DNA of 59,173 nt, filler included. It is 4 parts of 4 records of this genome, joined end to end, with 100 filler letters (N's around TTAATTAATTAA, not from the genome) between each part and the next. Parts side by side here need not be neighbours in the genome. Positions count along the whole stretch, not along the records: positions 34,626 to 51,746 come from SRR31147125_7149; 3 more parts are not named here. One strand, 5' to 3'. Shown piece after piece: positions 41,663 through 51,846 of the stretch. Made by a program: the position numbers and the translations under genes. Position 1 is the stretch's first letter. Each line of letters starts with the position of its first letter. Below the pieces are notes generated by a model that saw only the letters and a program-made list of their open reading frames with translations, did no database searches and was not told where the DNA came from.

Positions 41663-43137
41663 AATTGAAAATGAATAGAAGCCATATTGTAACAGCTATT
41701 TCGCAGTCGATTTTTAATCCATATCCAAAAGATCCTCCTTTTCTTCCTGATGTTTCTTTTCCTGAATTCGGACATAGGATTGATGTTGGTAAAGAAAAAA
41801 ACCCTGTCTATCCTCTTCTCAGAGGTATGTTCGTTTCACATGGGTTTGATGCAGAAAATTATTCCTCTTCTACTTGGAATCCGCTTGGTGCTTTGATTGT
41901 ACCAGGTCAAACAGTATTGATTAAGCCAAATCTTGTACGACATAAACATATGGAAAATGGTGATTATCGAACGGTTGTAGCTCATGGATCAGTTATTCGT
42001 GGGGTGTTGGATTACGTTGGTCTGGCATTGCAGGGGAAAGGTAAAATAATAGTTGGTGACGCACCAGTACAAAGTGCCGATTTTGATTTAATTGTTAAAA
42101 AGAACTTTCTTCATGAAATCTGTAAGGATATCCAAGAAAGTTGGAATATACCTGTTGAGCTTTATGATTTTCGACTCTGTGAAACTACTATTGATGAAAA
42201 TCATAAGGTACTAGATAGATCTATTAGAGTGAATAATCAGGCTGATTTTACACCTGTTAACTTGAAAACGCATAGCCTACTAAATAATATAAATAAATAT
42301 AATAGTTTGTTTAGAGTTACAAACTATGACTGTGGTGAAATGGTAACTCATCACAATGAAAAAGTTCATGAGTATCTTATACCGAATAAAATATTAGAAT
42401 CGGATGTTATCATAAGTATACCTAAATTAAAAACACATCGGAAAGTGGGGCTGACTGCCGGACTGAAAAATTTAGTAGGTATTAACGGCCATAAAGATTG
42501 GCTTCCCCATCACAGACGTGGAGCCGTTCCTGATGGTGGCGACGAATATAAAAATGCTTCAATTTTAAAAAAGTGGATGACTAGTCTTATTGAAGCAAAT
42601 GATAAGACTCTAGGGAAAGATGTTTTTGAACCATATAGATCTTTTTTGTTGCGGGTCTTAAGACGCATTTCTTTATATGTTGCGAAAGATCATTTTGAGG
42701 AAGGTAGCTGGTATGGAAATGATACGCTTTGGCGAACTGTACTCGATTTAAATAGATTATTGATTTATGCGGATAAGGATGGTGTTATCCAAAACAAATC
42801 ACAACGACAATATTTTACAATTGTCGATGGAATTATTGCAGGCGAAGGAGAAGGACCTATGGAGCCAGATCCTGTTTATTGTGGAATGCTTGTCTGTGGT
42901 TCTTCTAGCCTCGCTGTTGATTGTGCTTTGGCATCAATTATAGGGTTTGATTATAATAAAATCCCTTTAATACGAAATGGGTTTGAGATTGAATCATTAC
43001 CACTTGTAAATTTTACTTCTAAGGAGGTTTTAATAATTAAAAAAATGATTGATTCTGATGATGAAACATTAGCTGATTCGGATATGTCGTTCAATTTCAC
43101 TCCACCATCAGGTTGGCTAGGACACATTGAAATTTAA
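41659..43137 (+). CDS. DUF362 domain protein
   Basis: VLIKPNLV, IVGDAP, ISIPKLKTH..GLKNLVG and DGIIAGEGEGP motifs. Confidence 0.87.
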   Translation: MKLKMNRSHIVTAISQSIFNPYPKDPPFLPDVSFPEFGHRIDVGKEKNPVYPLLRGMFVSHGFDAENYSSSTWNPLGALIVPGQTVLIKPNLVRHKHMENGDYRTVVAHGSVIRGVLDYVGLALQGKGKIIVGDAPVQSADFDLIVKKNFLHEICKDIQESWNIPVELYDFRLCETTIDENHKVLDRSIRVNNQADFTPVNLKTHSLLNNINKYNSLFRVTNYDCGEMVTHHNEKVHEYLIPNKILESDVIISIPKLKTHRKVGLTAGLKNLVGINGHKDWLPHHRRGAVPDGGDEYKNASILKKWMTSLIEANDKTLGKDVFEPYRSFLLRVLRRISLYVAKDHFEEGSWYGNDTLWRTVLDLNRLLIYADKDGVIQNKSQRQYFTIVDGIIAGEGEGPMEPDPVYCGMLVCGSSSLAVDCALASIIGFDYNKIPLIRNGFEIESLPLVNFTSKEVLIIKKMIDSDDETLADSDMSFNFTPPSGWLGHIEI

Positions 43138-43185
43138 CAATCTGCACTTTCACCTTGCTCAAAATACTGGAGAGAAACAAATCAT

Positions 43186-45069
43186 ATGTGTGGAATAGCC
43201 GGGCTTATTAGCCATTCTTCTGCGGTTGATGAAACAACACTACAGCGTATGATTGCTCCGATAGAATATCGTGGCCCCGACGGTGACGGTTTCAAGTACC
43301 TTGAAAGCAATACAGTGGGTTTTGCTCACCGGCGTTTAAGCATATTGGATACTCGTGAAATTGGACGTCAGCCCATGAGATCCGCTTGCGGTCGCTATTG
43401 GGTGACTTTTAATGGGGAGATCTATAATTACCTTGAACTGAAAAAAGAGCTGGTCGCCGCCGGTTATAGTTTCAAAACTGAAACCGATACAGAGGTTTTG
43501 ATTTATGCCTACACCCAGTGGGGTCAACAATGTCTGGATCGTTTTATCGGCATGTTCGCTTTTGCCCTTTGGGATACTGATAAAAAGGAACTGTTTGCCG
43601 CGCGTGATCGACTGGGGATCAAGCCTTTCTATTATTATGTGAACCATGATTGCTTTTACTTCGCATCAGAGGTCAAATCGATTCTTGCTGTTCTGGAGTC
43701 TATACCTGACGTTGACGAAACACTCATCGATTCCTATATGTCGTTTGGATATGTTCCCGGTGAATCGACTCTTTTTAAGGGCATCAATCGCCTGTTACCA
43801 GGGCATGCTTTGACCTATAGTCAGAAAGATTCACTCAAAATATTCACCTATTGGGATTTGAACTTTGACAATATTTCTGACAAAGGCATCAATGACCATG
43901 TTCGTGATGTTGATCAGATTCTGACTGATTCGATCAACCTGCGTTTACGCAGTGATGTGCCGCTGGGCGTCTTTTTAAGCGGAGGTCTCGATTCCAGTGC
44001 AGTGGTTTCGCTATTATCTCCCGGAGCCAGCAGTGGCTTAAAGACATTCTCTGTCGCTTACGACTTTGGCGCAGCTTATGACGAAACGCCCTACGCGCGC
44101 GAAGTATCGCAAAAGTTTAATACCGATCACTATGAAACCCGCATGTCGCCGCAACAGTTTGTTGACTTTATTCCACAGTATATCCGTCATATGGATGAAC
44201 CAGTGACCGAAGCAGCGGCCATCTCGCTCTATTATGTTTCAAAATTGGCGCGTGAACAGGTCGTCGTCTGCCTTAGTGGTGAAGGTTCTGATGAGCTTTT
44301 TGCCGGGTATGATTTTTACGCATATAATTTGGCTATCGAAAAAATGCGATCATTGCTAGGGATGTCTGGCTCCTCCTTGCTCTCTTCTTTGGGGCGCAAA
44401 ATATCTCGATCACAAAAAATCAATAAATATCTGGATATGTTGGAACGTCCTTTTGAAGAGCGTTACAAAGGAATCTCCAGTTATGATGATTCAGTCAAAA
44501 ACAGTCTTTATCACAACAATTTTTTGCCAGTCGTCAAACAGGGGAATACACAGCTTGGCGGTTTTTTACAATCGTTGCATGATAAAAGCAAGAGCTGGGA
44601 TTCTTTAAGCCGGATGCTCTATTTTGACACAAAAACCTGGCTGGTCGATGATCTGTTGATCAAGGCAGACCGCATGAGCATGGCGGCATCGATAGAACTG
44701 CGCGTGCCTTTTCTTGATAATCGTCTGGTTGAACTGGCGGCTTCGATCCCGTCAAAATATAAAATGCGCGGGTTCAATCCTAAATATGTTTTAAAGCAGT
44801 TACTAAAAAACCGTCTGCCAGATTCGATTATAAAACGTAAGAAGATGGGCTTTCCAACTCCCTTGGAAACAATGTTCAAGACAGATCTATATGACTATGC
44901 CTATGAGACCTTATTGTCGCAACAGGCTGTGAACAAGGGGTACTTTGATCGCGGTGCTGTCCTGCAATTGCTGGAAGATCATCGTCAAAATAAAGCGAAG
45001 AATCATCGTGAAATTTGGCAGTTGGTTGTTTTAGAAGAGTGGCACAGACAGTTTCTTTGCAATGGTTGA
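43186..45069 (+). CDS. asnB: Asparagine synthase (glutamine-hydrolysing)-like amidotransferase
   Basis: MCGIAG, RGPDG, HRRLSILD, FNGEIYN, LSGGLDSS, SGEGSDE and RVPFLD motifs. Confidence 0.96.
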   Translation: MCGIAGLISHSSAVDETTLQRMIAPIEYRGPDGDGFKYLESNTVGFAHRRLSILDTREIGRQPMRSACGRYWVTFNGEIYNYLELKKELVAAGYSFKTETDTEVLIYAYTQWGQQCLDRFIGMFAFALWDTDKKELFAARDRLGIKPFYYYVNHDCFYFASEVKSILAVLESIPDVDETLIDSYMSFGYVPGESTLFKGINRLLPGHALTYSQKDSLKIFTYWDLNFDNISDKGINDHVRDVDQILTDSINLRLRSDVPLGVFLSGGLDSSAVVSLLSPGASSGLKTFSVAYDFGAAYDETPYAREVSQKFNTDHYETRMSPQQFVDFIPQYIRHMDEPVTEAAAISLYYVSKLAREQVVVCLSGEGSDELFAGYDFYAYNLAIEKMRSLLGMSGSSLLSSLGRKISRSQKINKYLDMLERPFEERYKGISSYDDSVKNSLYHNNFLPVVKQGNTQLGGFLQSLHDKSKSWDSLSRMLYFDTKTWLVDDLLIKADRMSMAASIELRVPFLDNRLVELAASIPSKYKMRGFNPKYVLKQLLKNRLPDSIIKRKKMGFPTPLETMFKTDLYDYAYETLLSQQAVNKGYFDRGAVLQLLEDHRQNKAKNHREIWQLVVLEEWHRQFLCNG

Positions 45070-45087
45070 AGATGAAAAGGTATTTTT

Positions 45088-47496
45088 GTGAGAAAAATTA
45101 AAGTTCTGGCTCTCAGTTATTTATTTCCGAATCCAGAAAATCAAGGATATGGCATTTTTGTATTTAATCGCCTGCAGGCTGTTAAGAAGTACTGTGATGT
45201 GAAAGTGGTCGCCCCACAACAGTGGTTTCCCTTTTTGAATCGTTTGCGTAGAACACCGACAAGCAAAAACATTAAAAAATACGCCAACGTTAAAGGAATG
45301 GACGTTTTTTATCCACGGTTTTTCTCTATCCCTAAATATCTGAAATGGGTCGATTCCATCTTCTATTTTTTATCTGTTTTGCCAGTAGTGTTTTATCTGA
45401 AATACAAAGAAAAATATGAATTTGACATTATTGATGTCCATTGGACTTATCCTGATATTCTTGCCGGGTATCTTTTAGCGACAATCTATCGTAAAAAATT
45501 CATGATCACGATCAGGGGGAAAGAGGCTCTTTATCCAGGCGAAACTGGTGGACGTAAATGGATCCTTGATTATTGTCTGAAAAAAGCAGACGCAGTAATC
45601 TGTCTAAGCTCTGAGTTGAAGAAATTCGTCCAAGATGTTGGTGTCGATCCTGATAAGATTAAAGTGATTCACAACGGTATAGACCCTGATACCTTTTTTT
45701 ATCTTGACCAAAAAATTGCACGTCATGAGCTTTCACTTCCTGTCGATAAGAAAATCATTATATCAGTAGGGTCGCTAATTCATCGTAAAGGTCACCATGT
45801 TTTAATCGAAGTCATGGCGGATCTTGCGAATGAGCAGGAGGTTGATCTTTATATTATTGGTGGTATTAACCCTGAAGGCGATTATAGCTTTGAACTGAAA
45901 CAATTAATTGCTGATAAAAAAATTACAAATGTTCACTTTATCGAATCGGTTGATCATAGTCAGTTACCATGTTGGTACGCAGCAGCTGATCTTTTCTGCC
46001 TTGCGACATCTGGTGAAGGTTGCCCGAATGTTGTTCTCGAATCTATGGCTTGTGGTTGTCCTGTTGTCGTCTCTGATGTTGGCGCTGTCTCCGATATTGT
46101 CAGGGTGCCACAGGATGGAATGATTGTTGAAATTGATGAATGGAATTGGAAAGAAAAAATTGAGTCAGCTTTAGAACGCACATGGGATCGCAAAGAGATA
46201 GCTGTGCGTATGGCAACCATGGATTGGGATGGTTGTGCGAAACAGGTTGTAAAACAGTATGATCAAGTGCTGGCGGCGTCTACGCAAGACAAGACTGATG
46301 ATAAACTTAAAATCATCTACCATCACAGAACTCTTGGTGATGGTGCAGAGGGGATTCATATTCGTGAAATGGTTGCGGCTTTTCGATCATTGGGTCATCA
46401 GGTCAAGGTTATTGGTCCTGCAGGGGAGACTGTCCCAGAAAAAGGCAGAGGTGGCAGCTGGCTCTCAAAAATAAAATCAATAATGCCGAATTTTCTTTTT
46501 GAGCTCTGTGAAATTGGGTATTCGGCGTACTCGTTTGTTCAACTCTCCTGGATTATTCACAATGAAAAGCCAGATTTTATTTATGATCGTTATATAACTT
46601 TTAATGTGGGTTGTGTGCTGGCTGCTAAACTGCAGAAAGCACCACTTTTCCTAGAAGTTAATGCACCTTTAGCTTTGGAGAGGAGCGAGCAGCCGGATGA
46701 AAAGCTATATTTAAAGACAATTGCTTTTGCTATGGAACGGTGGGTTTGCTCAAATGCTTTTAAAACGATTGTCGTGTCCACGCCATTGAAAGAGTATCTT
46801 GTTTCACAGGGGGTCACTGATTCACATGTTGTCGTGATGCCTAATGGTGTGAATACAGAAAAGTTCTTCCCCCATGAAAAGGATCAGCAACTTGCGCGTC
46901 AGTTAGGAATTCCAGACAATGTCACTGTGATTGGTTTTACCGGTGTTTTACGGCATTGGCATGGCCTTGAAATGCTGATTGATGCATTCAGTCATATCGT
47001 TAAAGCTGAACAGGATACGAGGTTGCTAATTGTTGGAGATGGCCCCATACGCAACGAGTTGGATAATCAAATTGGCAGCTTAGGGCTAACAGATAAAGTT
47101 ATTATCACTGGTCGAATTGCCTATGATGATGTGCCTACACATGTAAATCTGTTTGATATTGCCGTAAGTCCGAAGGCGACATTTTATGCGTCGCCGATGA
47201 AAGTGATTGAATATATGGCGCTTGGTAAGGCCGTTGTTGTGCCTGATAGTGCGAATTTTTTGGATTTAATTGATTCTGGGAGTACTGGTTTAATTTTTGA
47301 AAAAGATGAATCTGAAGATTTGTGCCATAGGTTGTTAACTTTACTTGGAAATAATGAGTTGATTAATGAAATTAGCATCAAAGCAGGAGAAAAAGTTAAA
47401 GCAAGACTAAATTGGCAGTGGAATGCTGAAGCTATTTGTCGTATATTAGGACATTCTAAGCGGCGTGAGTACAATAAGGTTGTAGGTCATAAATGA
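45088..47496 (+). CDS. Tandem double GT4 glycosyltransferase
   Basis: Two complete GT-B units (EGCPNVVLESMACG; SPMKVIEYMALGK). The second unit starts at KLKIIYHHRT. Confidence 0.9.
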   Translation: MRKIKVLALSYLFPNPENQGYGIFVFNRLQAVKKYCDVKVVAPQQWFPFLNRLRRTPTSKNIKKYANVKGMDVFYPRFFSIPKYLKWVDSIFYFLSVLPVVFYLKYKEKYEFDIIDVHWTYPDILAGYLLATIYRKKFMITIRGKEALYPGETGGRKWILDYCLKKADAVICLSSELKKFVQDVGVDPDKIKVIHNGIDPDTFFYLDQKIARHELSLPVDKKIIISVGSLIHRKGHHVLIEVMADLANEQEVDLYIIGGINPEGDYSFELKQLIADKKITNVHFIESVDHSQLPCWYAAADLFCLATSGEGCPNVVLESMACGCPVVVSDVGAVSDIVRVPQDGMIVEIDEWNWKEKIESALERTWDRKEIAVRMATMDWDGCAKQVVKQYDQVLAASTQDKTDDKLKIIYHHRTLGDGAEGIHIREMVAAFRSLGHQVKVIGPAGETVPEKGRGGSWLSKIKSIMPNFLFELCEIGYSAYSFVQLSWIIHNEKPDFIYDRYITFNVGCVLAAKLQKAPLFLEVNAPLALERSEQPDEKLYLKTIAFAMERWVCSNAFKTIVVSTPLKEYLVSQGVTDSHVVVMPNGVNTEKFFPHEKDQQLARQLGIPDNVTVIGFTGVLRHWHGLEMLIDAFSHIVKAEQDTRLLIVGDGPIRNELDNQIGSLGLTDKVIITGRIAYDDVPTHVNLFDIAVSPKATFYASPMKVIEYMALGKAVVVPDSANFLDLIDSGSTGLIFEKDESEDLCHRLLTLLGNNELINEISIKAGEKVKARLNWQWNAEAICRILGHSKRREYNKVVGHK

Positions 47497-47510
47497 AAAG
47501 GAGTAGGTCA

Positions 47511-48805
47511 ATGAAAATTGTAAATAAAAAAATCTATTCATTAGCTTGTGCGTTTTGTTTGTTTTATTGTTTTTTTCTTCCGCATTCGCAGAAACCGTCC
47601 TTTACGATTGGAACAGTGGAAATGACTCAGGGACTACGTGGGATGATTGGACATGGTATCCAAGTGGAGCCAATGACTACGGGGCTGTTGGCTGGCGTAA
47701 GGATGATGGACAATTCTATAGTGGAAGCACAAATTGGCATCCGCGCATCCACGAAAAAACTGACTATGGTAGCAGTAACCTTGCGACAATCGATGTTAGT
47801 ACCCGTGCACCAAACACATCAACAGGCGGAAGTCTAAAAGTATATGATGACGGTACCAGTTCAACTTATCAATCAAGCTATTGGTATATGTGGGGTGATA
47901 GTTTTGGAACTCATGGCCTTGCTGATGAAAACACAGACAGGTTGAGTTATTATCTAAAAACTGATGGGGCAAATGCAACCGATTTTAGCTCTGGTGCTAT
48001 CCCACACGCTAATGTGCACTTTGGTACATACCTTTGTTGGGAAGGGGGAGGATCTGGTTATCCGGCAGCGTGCCCAAATGAAGGGCCAAACACTCACTTC
48101 TATCACTATTTATCTGTACCTTTTGGGTCGAATACACCTTGGATCAATGTTCAAATTGACCAGCACCCAACACACAGAAGAGGTGCGTCAGAACCAAACG
48201 AACCCGATAACGACCCTGTATTTTCTAGTGATGGTTATCATTATTTTGAAAACATGAACACATTCTATCTAGAAATACGCTACGCACAAAGCAATCCAAC
48301 TGCTTATTGGATTGACGAGGTTAAACTTTGGAACCAAACACAAGTAGAAAATGAAGAATCAATAGGCAGTGCGGTTTGGGTTGGCTATTGGCCTTCAACT
48401 GATAAATGGCAGATGGGTTTTGGCTCTGTTTGGCCTGGAAGGCCAATGCAAGCAACTTTTGAAGTTCGTTGGTCAACTTCTCCTATAACGAATGAAAACT
48501 ATCTCTCAGCTACAGTTGCAGAGCCGGAATATCGTGAGAGAGGTACGTCTAATACATTCACATTATCCGACAGTGGATGGTCGAAGCAGGCTTGGACTCA
48601 ATTTGAGATCCCTGACGCTGTAGAAAGTTCAGCCGATACTATTTATTTTGCTATTCGTGATGTTTCTGCGACTGCGAATGGGGATGGCTACAATTCACCA
48701 ACAACAAATATTAAAACGATTGATTATGCACTTAGTGCTTCTAGCATAACAACGCCATCAACAGTTCTGCCTCCAGGTAATTTATTGTTGAACTCGTCAA
48801 ATTAA
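47511..48805 (+). CDS. Secreted Trp/Gly/Ser-rich hypothetical protein (frameshift at A-run near 47526-47532)
   Basis: An AGGAG RBS precedes ATG 47511. Adding one A gives the signal peptide MKIVNKKNLFISLCVLFVLLFFSSAFA-E, continuing into ORF 47546-48805. Confidence 0.75.
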
Positions 48806-48825
48806 TCACAAATTATAGAGTTTTT

Positions 48826-48860
48826 AAGCCCTGATTGAAAATATCTATCGGGGCTTTTTT
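48826..48860 (+). terminator. Intrinsic terminator
   Basis: AAGCCCTGATTGA-aaata-TCTATCGGGGCTT followed by a T-run. Confidence 0.7.
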
Positions 48861-48880
48861 AGGCTGAAACATTGGGAACC

Positions 48881-50328
48881 ATGTCGCATCAAACAAGTAT
48901 TTTCAAGGGCGCTATTTTAACCGTAACCTTACGCTGGACAGATCGCTTGATCGGGTTTGTCAGTACCTTGATTTTAGCACGCCTATTATTGCCAGATGAT
49001 TTTGGTGTTGTTGCTATGGCGTCTATGGTTATTTTGCTCGCAGACGTATTTTTAAATTTGGGAGTGAACATTGCCCTGATTCAAAATCAGCAAGCGACTC
49101 AAGATCATTACAATACTGCCTGGACACTGCGTTTATCGCAAACGATTCTTTCATGTCTCATTGTTTCCCTTCTGGCACCTTTTGCCGGGCAATATTTTAA
49201 TGACCTGCGTGTTGTTCCGGTGATTCAATTGATATCTTTGCACCTTGTTTTAAATGGCATGGAAAATATTGGTGTTATCAACTTTCAAAAGCAGATGCTT
49301 TTTGCCCATGATTTCCGCTTCAGGTTGTCAAAGCGTTTTTTTGGTTTCGTTGTGACCATTATAGCAGCGTACTTTTTGAGAAATTATTGGGCTTTAGTGA
49401 TTGGTACATTAGCAGGGAGTGGTTTGGGGGTCATACTTAGCTACTTGATGCACCCAATGCGTCCCAAGTTTAGTTTTGTGAAAATAAAAGAAATATTTTC
49501 GGTTTCACAGTGGATGCTTGTTAATAGCATTGGTCAGTATTTCAATAATAATGCCCATAAAATATTAGTAGGTCGAACAAATAGTACCTCAGTTATGGGT
49601 GGTTATTCATTGTCAGACGAAATCGCATTAATGCCTACAGGTGAGTTGTTAGCACCGATAAATAGAGTCTTGTTCCCAGCCTTTTCTGCAGTTAAAACAA
49701 ACCTTATAGAATTAAAAAAAATGTATTTGCTTGCACAAGGTGTGCAGACTCTTATAGCCATACCTGCCAGTGTGGGTTTAATGTTGGTAGCGCATGAAGC
49801 TGTGTATGTGCTTCTGGGTGAAAATTGGTTGTTTGCAGTTCCTTTTTTGAAAATTCTTGTTTTGGCTAATGTATTTCAAGCTATAATAACAAGCGGTCAT
49901 TATATCATAATAACACTAGGGTATTTTCGCTATGCAGCGATGGTTACTTGGTTCCAGGTTTTTATATTTATTGTGTTATTTACAACATCAAATACTTCTG
50001 CTGCTTACGAAATCGCAATGATAAGAGTTTTGTCAATTCTTATTGGTTTTTCATTGTCGATATGGTTAGTGATGAGAGTTTTACCAGATTTAAAACTATA
50101 TGAGATAATACGTACAGTAATTAGGCCAATTATTGCTTCTTTGATTATGTATTTTGTTGTCACCGGTTTAAATGATTATTTAACTTTTAATTTGAAGATA
50201 GTTCTTTTTTTAAAATTTTTATAGGGGCATTTGTTTATTTCTTTTCAGTTCTATCTTTCTGGCTTCTTTCAGGGAAACCTGATGGATCAGAGAAGTATAT
50301 CCTAAAAAAAGTTTTCTTACAAAAATAG
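48881..50328 (+). CDS. wzx: Wzx/WzxC-like polysaccharide flippase (frameshift near 50212-50220)
   Basis: LARLLLPDDFGVVAMA, TAWTL and RVLFPAFS motifs; the shifted frame completes ..IGAFVYFFSVLSFWLLSGKPDGSEKYIL..* at 50328. Confidence 0.88.
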
Positions 50329-50421
50329 GCATTTTAAATATTTACAATTTTAAGTAGATACACTGTTCCGGACAAACAATTCAATTACTGAATAAATTGA
50401 ATTGATCACCAAGGGTTTTTC

Positions 50422-51489
50422 ATGCGGTATCATTATCTGGATTTTGCACGTGGTTTATTAATGAGTCTTGGTGTTGTGATTCATTCTGCACAGGTTTATA
50501 GTCTTGAACCGTGGCGTGTTCATAGTGAAGAAAGTAGTCTAATTTTTAATCACATTATTAACATTATTCACTTATTTAGGATGCCAAGTTTTTATGTGAT
50601 CTCCGGCTTTTTTGCCATGATGCTTTATCAACGTTATTCTCTTAAAAACTTTTATCTCAATCGGCTGATAAGACTTGGTGTTCCTCTTTTGTTCTGTGGA
50701 CTTTTCCTGAACAGTATTAATCATTACTTAAGTTACGGAAATGCTGCTAAGGGGTTATCTGCTTTTGATTTGTCTTATTGGCTAGGGGGCGGATGGCTTG
50801 GTCAGTTGTGGTTTCTTGCAAACCTAATTATTTATATTGTGTTTCTAGCTCTTCTCATGAATTATTTTAAAGAGGCAGTCAGAAAAATTTCTTATTTGAA
50901 AGTAACTTCATTCTCTATTTTTATCCTTATTCCTCTTGTTCTTTTTTTAACATTACGTATTGCATGGCGCTTGCCTACCCCTCCCTACGGTGATGCTTGG
51001 ATCTTTATCACGACAACTAACTTTATTTTCTATCTGCCTTTTTTTCTTTTAGGTGTAATTTTTTTTGTAAATCAAACTGCCTTTAAAGAATTTATGGATA
51101 GTGTTTTGTTGGCCTTTGTTGGGTTAATTATTTATTTGACTTTTTATTACGTCAATCTAGAAAACAGTGTTTATGTCTATCTGAAAGAGATATCCAGCTA
51201 TTTATGTTTGGTTTGTTTTATTGTTTTAATGTTGAAACTTTTTAACTGTTACTTTAACCGCAACTGCAACCTCATACGCTCAATTTCAGATTCATCATAT
51301 ACCGTCTATCTTGTTCATCCTCCTATATTATTAATTATCGCAAGCTTGCTTATTGAAACTTCTTTGAATATTTATGTTCAATTTTCTATTTTAGTCGTTT
51401 CTGTCTGGTTCCTTTCTTATATGGTCCACGTCCTTCTTGTTAGAAAATTTAAAATCATTAACTTTCTGTTAAATGGCAAATACAGTTAG
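50422..51489 (+). CDS. Acyltransferase family 3 (OpgC/MdoC-like) membrane protein
   Basis: RYHYLDFARG, HLFRMPSFYVISGFF, RLIRLGVP, LWFL and SYTVYLVH motifs. Confidence 0.92.
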   Translation: MRYHYLDFARGLLMSLGVVIHSAQVYSLEPWRVHSEESSLIFNHIINIIHLFRMPSFYVISGFFAMMLYQRYSLKNFYLNRLIRLGVPLLFCGLFLNSINHYLSYGNAAKGLSAFDLSYWLGGGWLGQLWFLANLIIYIVFLALLMNYFKEAVRKISYLKVTSFSIFILIPLVLFLTLRIAWRLPTPPYGDAWIFITTTNFIFYLPFFLLGVIFFVNQTAFKEFMDSVLLAFVGLIIYLTFYYVNLENSVYVYLKEISSYLCLVCFIVLMLKLFNCYFNRNCNLIRSISDSSYTVYLVHPPILLIIASLLIETSLNIYVQFSILVVSVWFLSYMVHVLLVRKFKIINFLLNGKYS

Positions 51490-51624
51490 AGTGGTAGCAT
51501 CTCCGACAATGATGTATTGAACACTTTTTAGTTGCCAACTGGATAATTTTTTACAGATTGTTGACTTTTTTAGGATGTCAATGTCAGGATTGGATAAAAT
51601 GTAGAAATTAATAGGAGGAAAAAT

Positions 51625-51746
51625 ATGGAAATTTCGAATGATAAATATCGTGTAAAAATTAATTTCTTATTTATGTTTTTTTTAAGCGTTATTTTAGGCT
51701 TGTTGAATGTTCAATGTCTTCTTGCGGAGGAAACTGGTTTGAATAA
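51625..51746 (+). CDS. N-terminus of a probable secreted protein (truncated at contig end)
   Basis: AGGAGGA RBS; MEISNDKYRVKINFLFMFFLSVILGLLNVQCLLAEETGLN is signal-peptide-like. Confidence 0.5.
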
Positions 51747-51846
51747 NNNNNNNNNNNNNNNNNNNNNNNNNNNNNNNNNNNNNNNNNNNNTTAATTAATT
51801 AANNNNNNNNNNNNNNNNNNNNNNNNNNNNNNNNNNNNNNNNNNNN
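51747..51846. other. Artificial contig linker
   Basis: N-run + TTAATTAATTAA + N-run. Confidence 0.98.

Noticed and set aside
36236-50220. Phase variation by slipped-strand homopolymers in EPS genes
   Set aside because: The tracts are short (about 4-7 nt) and the same defect hits acs, GH76 and a URO-D gene on other contigs. Sequencing error is the simpler explanation.
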